Numbered from the stretch's first letter, positions 38,239-47,327 are shown. The stretch is 50,035 nt of DNA from Flavobacteriales bacterium (GCA_044343855.1 JBIJDX010000001.1:1-50035), one strand, 5' to 3'. Numbers and translations are program-made. Notes: a model not told the origin generated them from the sequence alone.

Positions 38239-39314
38239 AGGCGTTGAAATACACTTGGACCCTGCAGGCCGGACCGGCAAGTCGTGTTTCACGGACCAGC
38301 CGGACATGGTGCACGGTGGGCGCATCGATCATCGGGGCATTCCTCTTCCTGTCCGCCAGGGCCCAGGACATCCACTTCTCCCAGTTCTTCAATACACCGC
38401 TCGCCCTGGGTCCGGCCATGGCAGGCGGGTTCGAAGGCCAGCATCGCTTCAATGCCATCCACCGTCAGCAATGGCGTGCCGTGACCATTCCCTACAGCAC
38501 GTTCGGACTGGCATGGGACCAGCGCGACGCATTCCGAACCAAGGGCCTCGGAGTGGGGATATGGTGCTACAATGACCGGGCCGGAGACAGTCGCATGAAC
38601 ACCTTCCATGTCAGCGCTGCAGCCAGCTGGAGGCGCACGTTGGATGCGCTCGGTGACCATGCGATCATCGCAGGCATGCAGGCCGGCGCCAGTTCGCGTT
38701 CGATCGACCGCTCGGGCCTGAGCTTCGATGCGCAATACAATGGCTTCACCTATGACCCGCAGCGGGCAACGGGGGAACTCCTCGATCGCGATGCGTTCTG
38801 GCATTCCGATCTGCACGCCGGCATGCGCTACCAGTGGCGCCGTCATGATCGCAGCGACATCCAGGTGGGAGCTACCCTGTTCAACCTCGGCAGGCCACGC
38901 ATCGGCTACCTCGGTGGGCCCGGTGAACCACTGGACCGCCGCCTGGACCTGCACGTGCTGACCACGTTCCCCGCCGGCAGTTCCCTGGACCTGCTGCCAG
39001 CCATGCGGTACCTGCACCAGGGCACCTTCAGGGAGTTCGATGTCGGTGCCGATCTGCGCCATACCCTGCTGCACCGCCACGGCCTGCATCGGGCACTACG
39101 CTTCGGCCTCTACCTGCGGGCACGCGATGCCGGCTACGCCCATGCAGCGCTGGAATACGACGACTGGACCGTCGGGCTCAGCTATGACCTCAATACGAGC
39201 AGGCTCGTGCCCGCCAGCCGCAACCGTGGGGGAGTGGAACTCAGCGCCACGTATATCCTGCGCCGAAGGCCTGCCATCCCGACGCGATACATTTCCTGTC
39301 CCGACCAGCGATGA
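38235..39314 (+). CDS. PorP/SprF family T9SS outer-membrane protein
   Basis: ORF 38184..39314 was trimmed to the ATG at 38235 (ATGA overlap with the cargo gene). After the signal peptide it carries the family hallmark AQDIHFSQFFNTPLALGPA. Confidence 0.8.
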   Translation: MKALKYTWTLQAGPASRVSRTSRTWCTVGASIIGAFLFLSARAQDIHFSQFFNTPLALGPAMAGGFEGQHRFNAIHRQQWRAVTIPYSTFGLAWDQRDAFRTKGLGVGIWCYNDRAGDSRMNTFHVSAAASWRRTLDALGDHAIIAGMQAGASSRSIDRSGLSFDAQYNGFTYDPQRATGELLDRDAFWHSDLHAGMRYQWRRHDRSDIQVGATLFNLGRPRIGYLGGPGEPLDRRLDLHVLTTFPAGSSLDLLPAMRYLHQGTFREFDVGADLRHTLLHRHGLHRALRFGLYLRARDAGYAHAALEYDDWTVGLSYDLNTSRLVPASRNRGGVELSATYILRRRPAIPTRYISCPDQR

Positions 39315-41527
39315 ACATTCGTTGCAACTTCATCATCGGCACCTTCCTGGTGGGGGGCAACCTGCCTGCGCAGACCGTGCAGCAATGGCTGCGCTGGGGA
39401 GATGCAGCGGCCGCATCGGGAGACCATGCCAGCGCCTGCCACTTTTATGAAGGAGCGCTGGATGCCGCCCCCGGAAGGATGGCCGTGCAATGGACACTGG
39501 CCAATGCCTACCGGCTCGACGGACGATGCGGTGCGGCTGCGGCGCTGTTCGAACGGGTCCATTCCAAGGACCGCGGCCGGACATACCCGTCCGCACTGCG
39601 GTGGCTCGGTGAAATGCAGTTATGCAGCGACCAGCTCGATGCCGCGGCCGAAACGTGGCAACGCGTGAGGAACGGCACAAGGGACGCCGCGGTCAAGGAG
39701 CGGGCATCCAACGCGCTGGCCGGTATCGCCCTTTCCCGGAGCCTTGCCAAACGCGCGGACAGCATCCACCTGCAAAAGGCCCCTCCCACCATCAATACCG
39801 CCAGCAGCGAATTCGCACCAAGAACGGGTCCTGATGGGGCGCTGTACTTCACCAGCCTGCGCGGCACCACCGACAAGGAGGGGGTTGTGCGTGACAGTGC
39901 CGGGTACCGGACACGTCTTTACCGCAGCGAACCACGCAGCGGACAATGGTCGGAAGCCAAGGTCTTCGGTCCCGATCCGTTGGATGCCGACGTTGCCAAC
40001 GGCACATGGTCCGTGGATGGCACCCTGCTTTTCTACAGCCATTGCACCCATCCGGACAGCTGTCGGATACATGTGGCGGAGCAGAGGGAGGGCCGGTGGA
40101 CCACACGACCACTTGACGGGTTGGAAGGCCATGGAAGCACCCAGCCCTGCATCGTGGAATGGGAGGGCCGCGAGATGCTTCTTTTTGCCAGCGACCGCCC
40201 CGGGGGCATGGGCGGAACCGATATCTGGCAGGCACGGCTGGAACGAGGCCGTGCGGTGGAACTGCAGCCCGTGACGGGTGCTGTCAATACGGTGGGCAAC
40301 GAACGCTGCCCCTGGTACGATGCACTCCGTGAGGAGCTCTGGTTCAGTTCGGACCACCTTCCCGGACTTGGTGGTTATGACCTGTTCGTTTCGCGCTTTG
40401 CGGACGATGTGTTCGGCCCTCCCGTGAATCCGGGAACGCCGCTCAACAGCCCGGCGAACGACCTGTATGCCTTTGTGGACCGACGCACCGGCGAAGGATG
40501 GATGAGCAGCGACAGGGCCGCAGCCGGGTCCTCCGGTGGGGATGCCTGCTGCAGCGACATCCACCATTGGTCGGCACCGGCAGCCCCCCCTGCGGACAGC
40601 CTCCCCGGTTCAGCCACCCTGCGGACCAATGCTGTGGATGCGCTGCTGGCACTGCGCGCCGGCATGCCGCTCCGGCTCTATTTCCATAACGACGAACCGG
40701 GGCCGCGCAGCACCGCACCCACCACCGCGCTCACCTACACCGAGACCCTGGCGGCCTACACGGAGCGGCTGCCCGAGTATGCGATGCATGGCCCGGACAA
40801 TCTTGCCTTCAACGCGTTCTGGAACAACGCAGTGCTCGCGGGTTCACGTGATCTGGCGCTCCTGGTCCATGCGCTGTTCCCCGTCCTGGAGCAGGGCCGC
40901 TCCGTTGTGCTGGATGTGCGCGGCCATGCAAGCCCCCTTGCGCTGAATGCATACAACGAAAGGCTCTCCGAGCGCCGCATAGCAAGCATGCGCAACGAGC
41001 TTGCAACGGTCCTTCAGGGTGCTCTGCGGCCATACCTTGATGCCACCGCCACCAATGGCGCCCGGTTGGAACTGCGTGCGCTGCCCTTCGGTGAGGAGGA
41101 GGCTGACAGTACTGTGAGCGACAGGATACAGGATCGCCCGGGTTCCATCTACAGCGTGGCTGCCGCACGCGAACGCCGCATCGAGGTGCTGGGCATTGAG
41201 GTGGCTGCTCTCACCGAACGCACGGACAGCCTGCTCCGCCTGGTGCAGGAGCTCGGTGATGTGCGGCAGGATGAGCCGCAACGCATCACATTCCGCATCC
41301 ACAACCCCGGAAGCCGCCCCTTGCGCATGGTGGAAAGCGACGCCGACTGCGGCTGCACAACTGCGGAACTGCCCAAGGGGACCATCGCGCCCGGCTCGCA
41401 CATCGACCTCCCGGTGGACTTCAGCGGACGCGCACCACAGGGTCCCCTGAGCAGGCACATCCGCATTCGCACGGACGGCTCGCCCGGCATGGTGGAGCTC
41501 ATCATCACCGGCACGGTGATACCTTAG
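39311..41527 (+). CDS. TPR / PD40 beta-propeller / OmpA-like protein with a C-terminal DUF1573 domain
   Basis: 738 aa with an ATGA overlap upstream. PD40-type repeats (SSEFAPRTGPDGALYFTS, MLLFASDRPGGMGGTDIWQA), an OmpA-like segment (VLDVRGHASPLALNAYNERLSERRIASM), and DUF1573 (FRIHNPGSRPLRM...DCGCTTAELP) near 41270-41524. Confidence 0.75.
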   Translation: MNIRCNFIIGTFLVGGNLPAQTVQQWLRWGDAAAASGDHASACHFYEGALDAAPGRMAVQWTLANAYRLDGRCGAAAALFERVHSKDRGRTYPSALRWLGEMQLCSDQLDAAAETWQRVRNGTRDAAVKERASNALAGIALSRSLAKRADSIHLQKAPPTINTASSEFAPRTGPDGALYFTSLRGTTDKEGVVRDSAGYRTRLYRSEPRSGQWSEAKVFGPDPLDADVANGTWSVDGTLLFYSHCTHPDSCRIHVAEQREGRWTTRPLDGLEGHGSTQPCIVEWEGREMLLFASDRPGGMGGTDIWQARLERGRAVELQPVTGAVNTVGNERCPWYDALREELWFSSDHLPGLGGYDLFVSRFADDVFGPPVNPGTPLNSPANDLYAFVDRRTGEGWMSSDRAAAGSSGGDACCSDIHHWSAPAAPPADSLPGSATLRTNAVDALLALRAGMPLRLYFHNDEPGPRSTAPTTALTYTETLAAYTERLPEYAMHGPDNLAFNAFWNNAVLAGSRDLALLVHALFPVLEQGRSVVLDVRGHASPLALNAYNERLSERRIASMRNELATVLQGALRPYLDATATNGARLELRALPFGEEEADSTVSDRIQDRPGSIYSVAAARERRIEVLGIEVAALTERTDSLLRLVQELGDVRQDEPQRITFRIHNPGSRPLRMVESDADCGCTTAELPKGTIAPGSHIDLPVDFSGRAPQGPLSRHIRIRTDGSPGMVELIITGTVIP

Positions 41528-41532
41528 GCGGC

Positions 41533-42264
41533 ATGGAATTATTGCTTCTCTCCAACTCCACCCTGCCCGGGGAGGACTTCTTCCAATGGCCACGCATGCA
41601 TGTAAGCAGCTTCCTCGCCGGCGCCTCCAGGGTTGGCTTCGTGCCGCTCGCCGCAATGCCGGCTCAACGGGAAGCCTATATCCGCAGGGTCACAGCCGTG
41701 TTCCACGAGCTGGGGATGGAACTGGTGCCAGTGTTGAACGAGGGTGATGCCGGGCGTGTGTTGGGCGGTTGCGATGCGGTGGCCGTGGGTGGAGGCAACA
41801 CGTTCCAGCTGCTGCGCGAACTTTATCGCGGCGGGCTTGTCCGCAGCATTGCCGCTAATGTGCGCGCGGGCATGCCCTACCTGGGCTGGAGCGCTGGCAG
41901 CAATGTGGCCTGTCCCACGATCATGACCACCAACGACATGCCCGTGGTGGAACCTCCCACCCTGCGTGCCATGCACCTGGTCCCGTTCCAGATCAACCCC
42001 CATTACACGGAGGCCACCATTCCCGGACATGGCGGCGAAAGCCGTGACCAGCGCATTGCCGAATACCTCGAGGCCAACCCGGGGATGCCGGTGATCGGAC
42101 TGCGCGAAGGGTCGCTCCTGCACCTCAGCGGCAGTCATGTCACGCTGAAGGGTCGCGAAATGAAGGTCTTCCGACATGGAAGGCAGGCGCGGAGCATAAT
42201 GGATGGAACCACCTTCCGCAGCGACCTCAGTGACCTTGACCCCGAGACCGGAACATCCGCATGA
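41533..42264 (+). CDS. pepE: Dipeptidase E (S51, alpha-aspartyl dipeptidase)
   Basis: 243 aa. MELLLLSNSTLPG start, GGGNTFQLL, and Ser motif GWSAGSNVACPTI. Confidence 0.92.
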   Translation: MELLLLSNSTLPGEDFFQWPRMHVSSFLAGASRVGFVPLAAMPAQREAYIRRVTAVFHELGMELVPVLNEGDAGRVLGGCDAVAVGGGNTFQLLRELYRGGLVRSIAANVRAGMPYLGWSAGSNVACPTIMTTNDMPVVEPPTLRAMHLVPFQINPHYTEATIPGHGGESRDQRIAEYLEANPGMPVIGLREGSLLHLSGSHVTLKGREMKVFRHGRQARSIMDGTTFRSDLSDLDPETGTSA

Positions 42265-42334
42265 AGCAGCAGCAAGGTGACACGCACTACCTGGGAGCAG
42301 CTGGGAGTTGCGCGGAGATCACCCGTGACCGGCC

Positions 42335-43396
42335 ATGAAAAAGGTAAGCAGGCGTTCGGGCAAACGCGGCCTCCCTCCGGGATCGCTCGTACATGTGGGG
42401 GACCCTGGCAATGATCGCGCCTCCATCAGGCTGTTCAGGTTCAGCTCCGACCGTCATGAGGAGCTGCGTCCAGCCGATCTCAAGGGCATCGGCGCAGTTC
42501 CCCCGGCGGGCATGGTCATGTGGCTCGACATCGACGGGCTCACCTCTGATGAACTGCTGATGCAGACCGGGGATCTGTTCGGGCTGCATCCGCTGCTGCT
42601 CGAGGATGTCCTGAACACCGACCACAGGCCCAAGGTGGAGGAATACCAGAACGAACTGTTCGTGGTGATGAAGATGCTGAGCCTGGATGCAGAGACCGGG
42701 GGCATCAGGACCGAACAGATCTGCTTCGTGCTGCGCCAGGGAACGGTCATATCCTTCCAACAGCGTCCGGGCGATGTGCTCGACCCCATCCGTGAACGGA
42801 TCCGCAAGGACCTCGGCAGGGTGAGGCGTTCGGGCGCCGACTATCTTCTGTACACGCTCCTGGACGTGATCGTGGACAACTACTTCGTGGTCGTGGAGGA
42901 CCTTGGACAGCGCATTGAGCGGCTCGAGAGGAAGGTGTTGGTCAGGCCCGGCAATGAAGACCTTGCCACCATCCAGGAACTGCGTGGCATGCTCATCCTC
43001 ATCGGCAGGTATGTGACACCGACCAGGGAACTGGCCGGCCGCCTCAATACGATCCAGAGCCCCCTGTTCGAAAAGACCACCCGCAGGTACATCGCCGACC
43101 TCCAGGACCATGCCGTGTACATCGCGGAGACCATTGCCACATTCCGCGACATGCTCGGAAGCCTCGAGAACGCATACCACGCCGGGCAGAACATGCGCAT
43201 GGGGCAGGTGATGAAATTCCTGACCATCATCAGCACCATTTTCATGCCGCTCACATTCCTTGTCGGCGTATACGGCATGAATTTCAACCACCTTCCCGAA
43301 CTGCAGTGGCGCTACGGGTATTTCGCGGTGTGGGGCGTGATGCTCCTGGTGGCCGGCGTGATGCTACTGTGGTTCCGCAGGAAACGCTGGCTGTGA
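42335..43396 (+). CDS. corA: Magnesium/cobalt transporter CorA
   Basis: 353 aa. It has the YGMNF signature before the last TM helix and the typical cytoplasmic domain. Confidence 0.92.
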   Translation: MKKVSRRSGKRGLPPGSLVHVGDPGNDRASIRLFRFSSDRHEELRPADLKGIGAVPPAGMVMWLDIDGLTSDELLMQTGDLFGLHPLLLEDVLNTDHRPKVEEYQNELFVVMKMLSLDAETGGIRTEQICFVLRQGTVISFQQRPGDVLDPIRERIRKDLGRVRRSGADYLLYTLLDVIVDNYFVVVEDLGQRIERLERKVLVRPGNEDLATIQELRGMLILIGRYVTPTRELAGRLNTIQSPLFEKTTRRYIADLQDHAVYIAETIATFRDMLGSLENAYHAGQNMRMGQVMKFLTIISTIFMPLTFLVGVYGMNFNHLPELQWRYGYFAVWGVMLLVAGVMLLWFRRKRWL

Positions 43397-43436
43397 CCCC
43401 GGCATCCGTCCGCTGTGAACCGATCCACCAACGACC

Positions 43437-43444
43437 TACTTTTG
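43437..43444 (+). promoter_or_regulatory. Candidate -7 box (TACTTTTG) far upstream of the arginine decarboxylase gene
   Basis: Exact TAnnTTTG match 41 nt after the corA stop and about 280 nt before the ATG at 43725. Confidence 0.4.
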
Positions 43445-43724
43445 CCCGCTCACGGACAGACCATGCGTTCGCCCTCCCACCACCACACCCTGGCATGCCG
43501 TTGTGCAGGTGTCGCGGCATCCTCGGTCACGGCCCGTCCACCCTTCCGCTGATGTCCCCGCTGGCCCTACCCGTGCACCGGCTCATCGCCACCCACACGC
43601 ATGGGCCATACCGCACCGATCCGGACATGACCGGCAGCCTGCACTTCTGCGCAGGGTGCCAGGGCCCGGCTCCTGCACCCCATCACCAACCGCCCCGAAC
43701 GACCCGCCCACTGCCCACCGATCA

Positions 43725-45116
43725 ATGAAGACGCGCTATATCGACCTGATCGAGCAGACCTTCGACTTCCCGAAGGACGAGTTCCAATTGGAGGGGGAGA
43801 ACCTGGTTTGGAACGAATTGCCGCTGGTGGAACTGCTGGAAAAGCACGGCACGCCCCTGCGCATCACCTACCTCCCCAAGATCGGCGAGAAGATCGACAT
43901 CGCCCGGGCCAGCTTTGCAAAGGCCATCAGGGAGCACGACTACAACGGCAACTACGAGTACTTCTATTGCACCAAGAGCAATCACTTCAGCTATGTCATC
44001 GACCAGGTGCTCAGGAAGGGGGTCAACCTCGAGACCAGCAGCGCCTATGACCTGGAGATGATCGAGCTGCTCATCGAGCGCGGGCGGATCACCAGGGACG
44101 CCACCATCCTGTGCAACGGATTCAAGGACGAGCGCTACATACAAGGCATCGGCAAACTGGCCAACCGGGGCTTCAATGTCGTCCCCATCATTGACAACAT
44201 GGCCGAGATCTATGCGCTGGATGAGGTGATCGAGGGCCAATGCGACATCGGCATCCGCATCGCCGCGGAGGAGGCACCCAAATTCGAGTTCTATACCAGC
44301 CGGTTGGGGATCGGGTACAAGGACATCATCCCCTTCTACATGCGGAACATATCCAAGCAGAAGAAGTTCCGACTGAAGCTGATGCACTTCTTCATCAATA
44401 CCGGCATCACCGACACGGCCTATTACTGGAACGAGCTCAGCAAGTGCGTGAACGTCTACTGTGACCTCTGGAAGCTCTGCCGAACGCTCGACACGTTGGA
44501 CATCGGTGGCGGGCTCCCCATCAAGAACAGCCTCAACTTCAGCTTCGATGTGGACTACATGATCGGTGAGATCGTCGGCCGCATCAAGGACATATGCGAG
44601 GAGAACAAGGTGCAGGAGCCGACCATCTTCAGCGAGTTCGGCAGCTTCACGGTGAGCGACAGCGGTGCCACGTTCTTCAGCATCCTTTACCAGAAGAAGC
44701 AGAACGAGAAGGAGCGCTGGAACATGGTGGACGGTTCGTTCATGACCACACTGCCGGACACATGGGCCATCAGCAAACGGTTCATCATGCTGCCGGTGAA
44801 CAACTGGGGTGACGAGTACGAGCGTGTATTCCTGGGAGGCATGACCTGCGACAGCGACGACTACTACAACAGCGAGCAGCACATCAACGCCATCTATCTG
44901 CCGAAATACCGGGAGGACCGCAAACAGTACATCGGCTACTTCAACACCGGTGCCTACCAGGACACCCTTGGGGGCTTTGGCGGCATACAGCACTGCCTCA
45001 TCCCCAAACCGAAGCACGTGCTGATCGACCGCGACGCGGATGGAAGGCTGGTGGACCGCGTCTTCGCTGAACGCCAGAGCGCTGAGCGCATGCTGCAGCT
45101 GCTCGGATACCTCTGA
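43725..45116 (+). CDS. speA: Arginine decarboxylase (short Bacteroidota type, alanine-racemase-fold PLP enzyme)
   Basis: ORF 43503..45116 was trimmed to the ATG at 43725 (MKTRYIDLIEQTFDFPKDEF). The upstream 74 codons are Pro/His/Arg-rich noise. The PLP-Lys context is YFYCTKSN. Substrate is inferred from family resemblance. Confidence 0.78.
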   Translation: MKTRYIDLIEQTFDFPKDEFQLEGENLVWNELPLVELLEKHGTPLRITYLPKIGEKIDIARASFAKAIREHDYNGNYEYFYCTKSNHFSYVIDQVLRKGVNLETSSAYDLEMIELLIERGRITRDATILCNGFKDERYIQGIGKLANRGFNVVPIIDNMAEIYALDEVIEGQCDIGIRIAAEEAPKFEFYTSRLGIGYKDIIPFYMRNISKQKKFRLKLMHFFINTGITDTAYYWNELSKCVNVYCDLWKLCRTLDTLDIGGGLPIKNSLNFSFDVDYMIGEIVGRIKDICEENKVQEPTIFSEFGSFTVSDSGATFFSILYQKKQNEKERWNMVDGSFMTTLPDTWAISKRFIMLPVNNWGDEYERVFLGGMTCDSDDYYNSEQHINAIYLPKYREDRKQYIGYFNTGAYQDTLGGFGGIQHCLIPKPKHVLIDRDADGRLVDRVFAERQSAERMLQLLGYL

Positions 45117-45173
45117 ACCGACCCCGGCAGCGCATTCCGGAGACCGCATCTATATTTCGCCCGCAATCGACCA

Positions 45174-46151
45174 ATGAGCAACGACCGAACCCTCTCGGCC
45201 TTCATGGACAAGCACTACCTGCATTTCAATGCAGCAGCGCTCGTGGATGCCGCCAAAGGCTACAAGGCCCACCTGGAAAAGGGCCGAAGGATGATGATAA
45301 CCCTGGCAGGTGCCATGAGCACGGCCGAATTGGGCAAGATCCTCGCCGAGATGATCCGTCAGGGCAAGGTGGACATCATCAGTTGCACGGGTGCCAACCT
45401 GGAAGAGGATGTGATGAACCTGGTGGCACACGATCATTATGAGCGCATTCCTCACTACAGGGACCTGACCCCCGCCCAGGAACGCGACCTGCTGGACCGC
45501 GGCATGAACAGGGTGACCGACACCTGCATCCCGGAGCATGAGGCCTTCCGCCGCCTGGAGAAGCACGTGCTGGACCTGTGGACCGCGGATGACAAGAGCG
45601 GAAAGCGCCGTTTCCCGCATGAGTATTTCTATGAAATGATCCGCAGCGGGGTGTTGGAGCAGTACTACCAGATCGACCCCAGGGACAGCTGGATGGTGGC
45701 CGCTGCCGAACGCAACCTGCCCATCATCTGCCCCGGTTGGGAGGACAGCACCCTGGGCAACATCTTCGCAGGCCACTGCATCACGGGTGATTGCAAGCCG
45801 ACCATGATGAAGAGCGGCATCGAGTACATGATGTTCCTTGCCGAATGGTACACCAACAACTGTGGGCCCGACGGCATCGGATTCTTCCAGATCGGAGGCG
45901 GTATAGCAGGTGATTTCCCGATCTGCGTGGTTCCCATGCTCCACCAGGACCTGCAACGCGACAACATCCCCTTCTGGAGCTACTTCTGCCAGATCAGTGA
46001 CAGCACCACCAGCTATGGCAGCTACAGCGGTGCCGTACCGAATGAAAAGATCACCTGGGGAAAACTCGATATAGACACCCCCAAGTACATCATCGAAAGC
46101 GATGCTACTATTGTGGCGCCGCTCATCTTCGCCTACGTTCTGGACATGTGA
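45174..46151 (+). CDS. Deoxyhypusine synthase-like protein (candidate homospermidine synthase)
   Basis: 325 aa. NAD-binding-like SCTGANLEED and a catalytic-Lys context, NEKITWGKL, equivalent to the DHS E..SWGK motif. Confidence 0.82.
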   Translation: MSNDRTLSAFMDKHYLHFNAAALVDAAKGYKAHLEKGRRMMITLAGAMSTAELGKILAEMIRQGKVDIISCTGANLEEDVMNLVAHDHYERIPHYRDLTPAQERDLLDRGMNRVTDTCIPEHEAFRRLEKHVLDLWTADDKSGKRRFPHEYFYEMIRSGVLEQYYQIDPRDSWMVAAAERNLPIICPGWEDSTLGNIFAGHCITGDCKPTMMKSGIEYMMFLAEWYTNNCGPDGIGFFQIGGGIAGDFPICVVPMLHQDLQRDNIPFWSYFCQISDSTTSYGSYSGAVPNEKITWGKLDIDTPKYIIESDATIVAPLIFAYVLDM

Positions 46152-46558
46152 GCCGCAAACCCATGCAACGCCTGATCCGATCCTTCAACACGCTTACCGA
46201 CGCGCTCAAGGAGACCCTCCAGGAACAATACCCGGACGGGATCGACAGCACGCACATCAAGTCCATCCCCACAGCGAAGGGGGACATCCTGCGCGTGATC
46301 GAACTACGCACACCGGATGCGCTCTACCTGATCAAGATCAACCCCGAAAGCCGGGCCGAGATAGATGAATTCCTCGACCAGGAGGAAAGCTCCCCGTCCA
46401 GCGATGACATGGAGGGAGGGGACGAACTTGGGGGCGGTGATGATGCCGGCCAGGAGGGTGACACCGATGAGGACGAAGGCGACGAGGACGATGGTGACGG
46501 CGATGGTGATGGCGCCGATGAGGGAGATGATGACGGCGGCGATGACGATGAGGACTGA
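46148..46558 (+). CDS. Hypothetical protein with a roughly 75-aa N-terminal domain and a 60-aa polyacidic D/E/G tail
   Basis: 136 aa. The GTG at 46148 overlaps the upstream TGA; the alternative ATG at 46163 gives MQRLIRSFN. The tail (46376-46555) reads DQEESSPSSDDMEGGDELGGGDDAGQEGDTDEDEGDEDDGDGDGDGADEGDDDGGDDDED. Confidence 0.6.
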   Translation: MSRKPMQRLIRSFNTLTDALKETLQEQYPDGIDSTHIKSIPTAKGDILRVIELRTPDALYLIKINPESRAEIDEFLDQEESSPSSDDMEGGDELGGGDDAGQEGDTDEDEGDEDDGDGDGDGADEGDDDGGDDDED

Positions 46559-46585
46559 ACCAACCGTGCACGTTCGATAACTCTT

Positions 46586-46624
46586 GAAGGCCCCGGCTGC
46601 ATGGACCGGGGCCTTCGCTATTTT
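46586..46624 (+). terminator. Rho-independent terminator after the polyamine gene string
   Basis: Perfect 11-bp stem GAAGGCCCCGG / CCGGGGCCTTC with a 9-nt loop, followed by GCTATTTT. Confidence 0.7.
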
Positions 46625-46647
46625 CGGTGGCAACCATCCACGCCGCC

Positions 46648-47064
46648 ATGACAGGCACCTTTCACCTCGCCTTCGCCACAACGGACCTCAAGCGCATCAA
46701 GGCTTTTTACGGCAAATTCCTCGGCTGCAAGGAAGGCCGCAGCGCGGATGCCTGGGTGGACTATGACTTCTTCGGCCACCAGCTCACCATCCAGGAAGTG
46801 CCCAAGCTGATCAAGACCGCCCGCATCTACAACCCCAAGAGCAATGTCCCAAGCGACCATTGGGGCATCGTGCTGACCATGACCGATTGGAAGAAACTGC
46901 GCGACAAACTGGTGAAGGTGGGTCATCCCTTCTTCATTGAGCCGCGCACCGTGATGAAGGGTGAGGTGGGCGAACAGGTGAGCCTGTTCATCGAGGATCC
47001 GGACGGGCATGCAATTGAGTTCAAGGCCTTCCCCGATCCCGGGAACGTGTTCAGGAAGGGTTGA
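46648..47064 (+). CDS. VOC (glyoxalase/bleomycin resistance/dioxygenase) family protein
   Basis: ORF 46627..47064 was trimmed to the ATG at 46648 (MTGTFHLAF). It has the typical VOC beta-alpha-beta start and an HAIEF segment. A TATTTTCG -7-like box lies at 46619-46626. Confidence 0.72.
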   Translation: MTGTFHLAFATTDLKRIKAFYGKFLGCKEGRSADAWVDYDFFGHQLTIQEVPKLIKTARIYNPKSNVPSDHWGIVLTMTDWKKLRDKLVKVGHPFFIEPRTVMKGEVGEQVSLFIEDPDGHAIEFKAFPDPGNVFRKG

Positions 47065-47117
47065 CCCGGGCGTTACCTTATGCGGGAAGGCGCATTGAAC
47101 ATGCAAACAACGGCACC

Positions 47118-47315
47118 ATGAAGACCCGCACAGCGATCATCCTGCTCCTTTCCGGATACATCCTGTTGACCACCGGGGGACTGTTCAAGATCATGCACTG
47201 GCCCGGTGCCAACCTGCAACTCCTTGCCGGTGCTTGCATACAGGTCATCTCCTTGGTCACCCTGATCATCCTGGTGGCCCGGAACAACTCCCTTCGGGCC
47301 CTGCTGGACCGATGA
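47118..47315 (+). CDS. Small two-helix membrane protein with an FKIMHWPGA motif (GldL N-terminus-like)
   Basis: ORF 47061..47315 was trimmed to the ATG at 47118, giving 65 aa. It has two hydrophobic helices separated by GGLFKIMHWPGAN. Confidence 0.55.
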   Translation: MKTRTAIILLLSGYILLTTGGLFKIMHWPGANLQLLAGACIQVISLVTLIILVARNNSLRALLDR

Positions 47316-47327
47316 TGCCGTGGAGCT

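Noticed and set aside
43306-43728. A 140-aa Pro/His/Arg-rich ORF filling the corA-speA gap. The 74-codon extension of speA from 43503 belongs to the same class.
   Set aside because: The composition looks like translated C-rich non-coding DNA. The ORF overlaps the corA 3' end and shows no domain signature. I treat the region as a leader or non-coding sequence instead.
43722-45149. A 475-aa ORF on the minus strand covering the whole arginine decarboxylase gene.
   Set aside because: This is a typical antisense open frame of a high-GC3 gene, where stop codons are depleted in that frame. The translation is V/L/A/D/G-rich with no recognisable motif, whereas the plus-strand product has clear family signatures.
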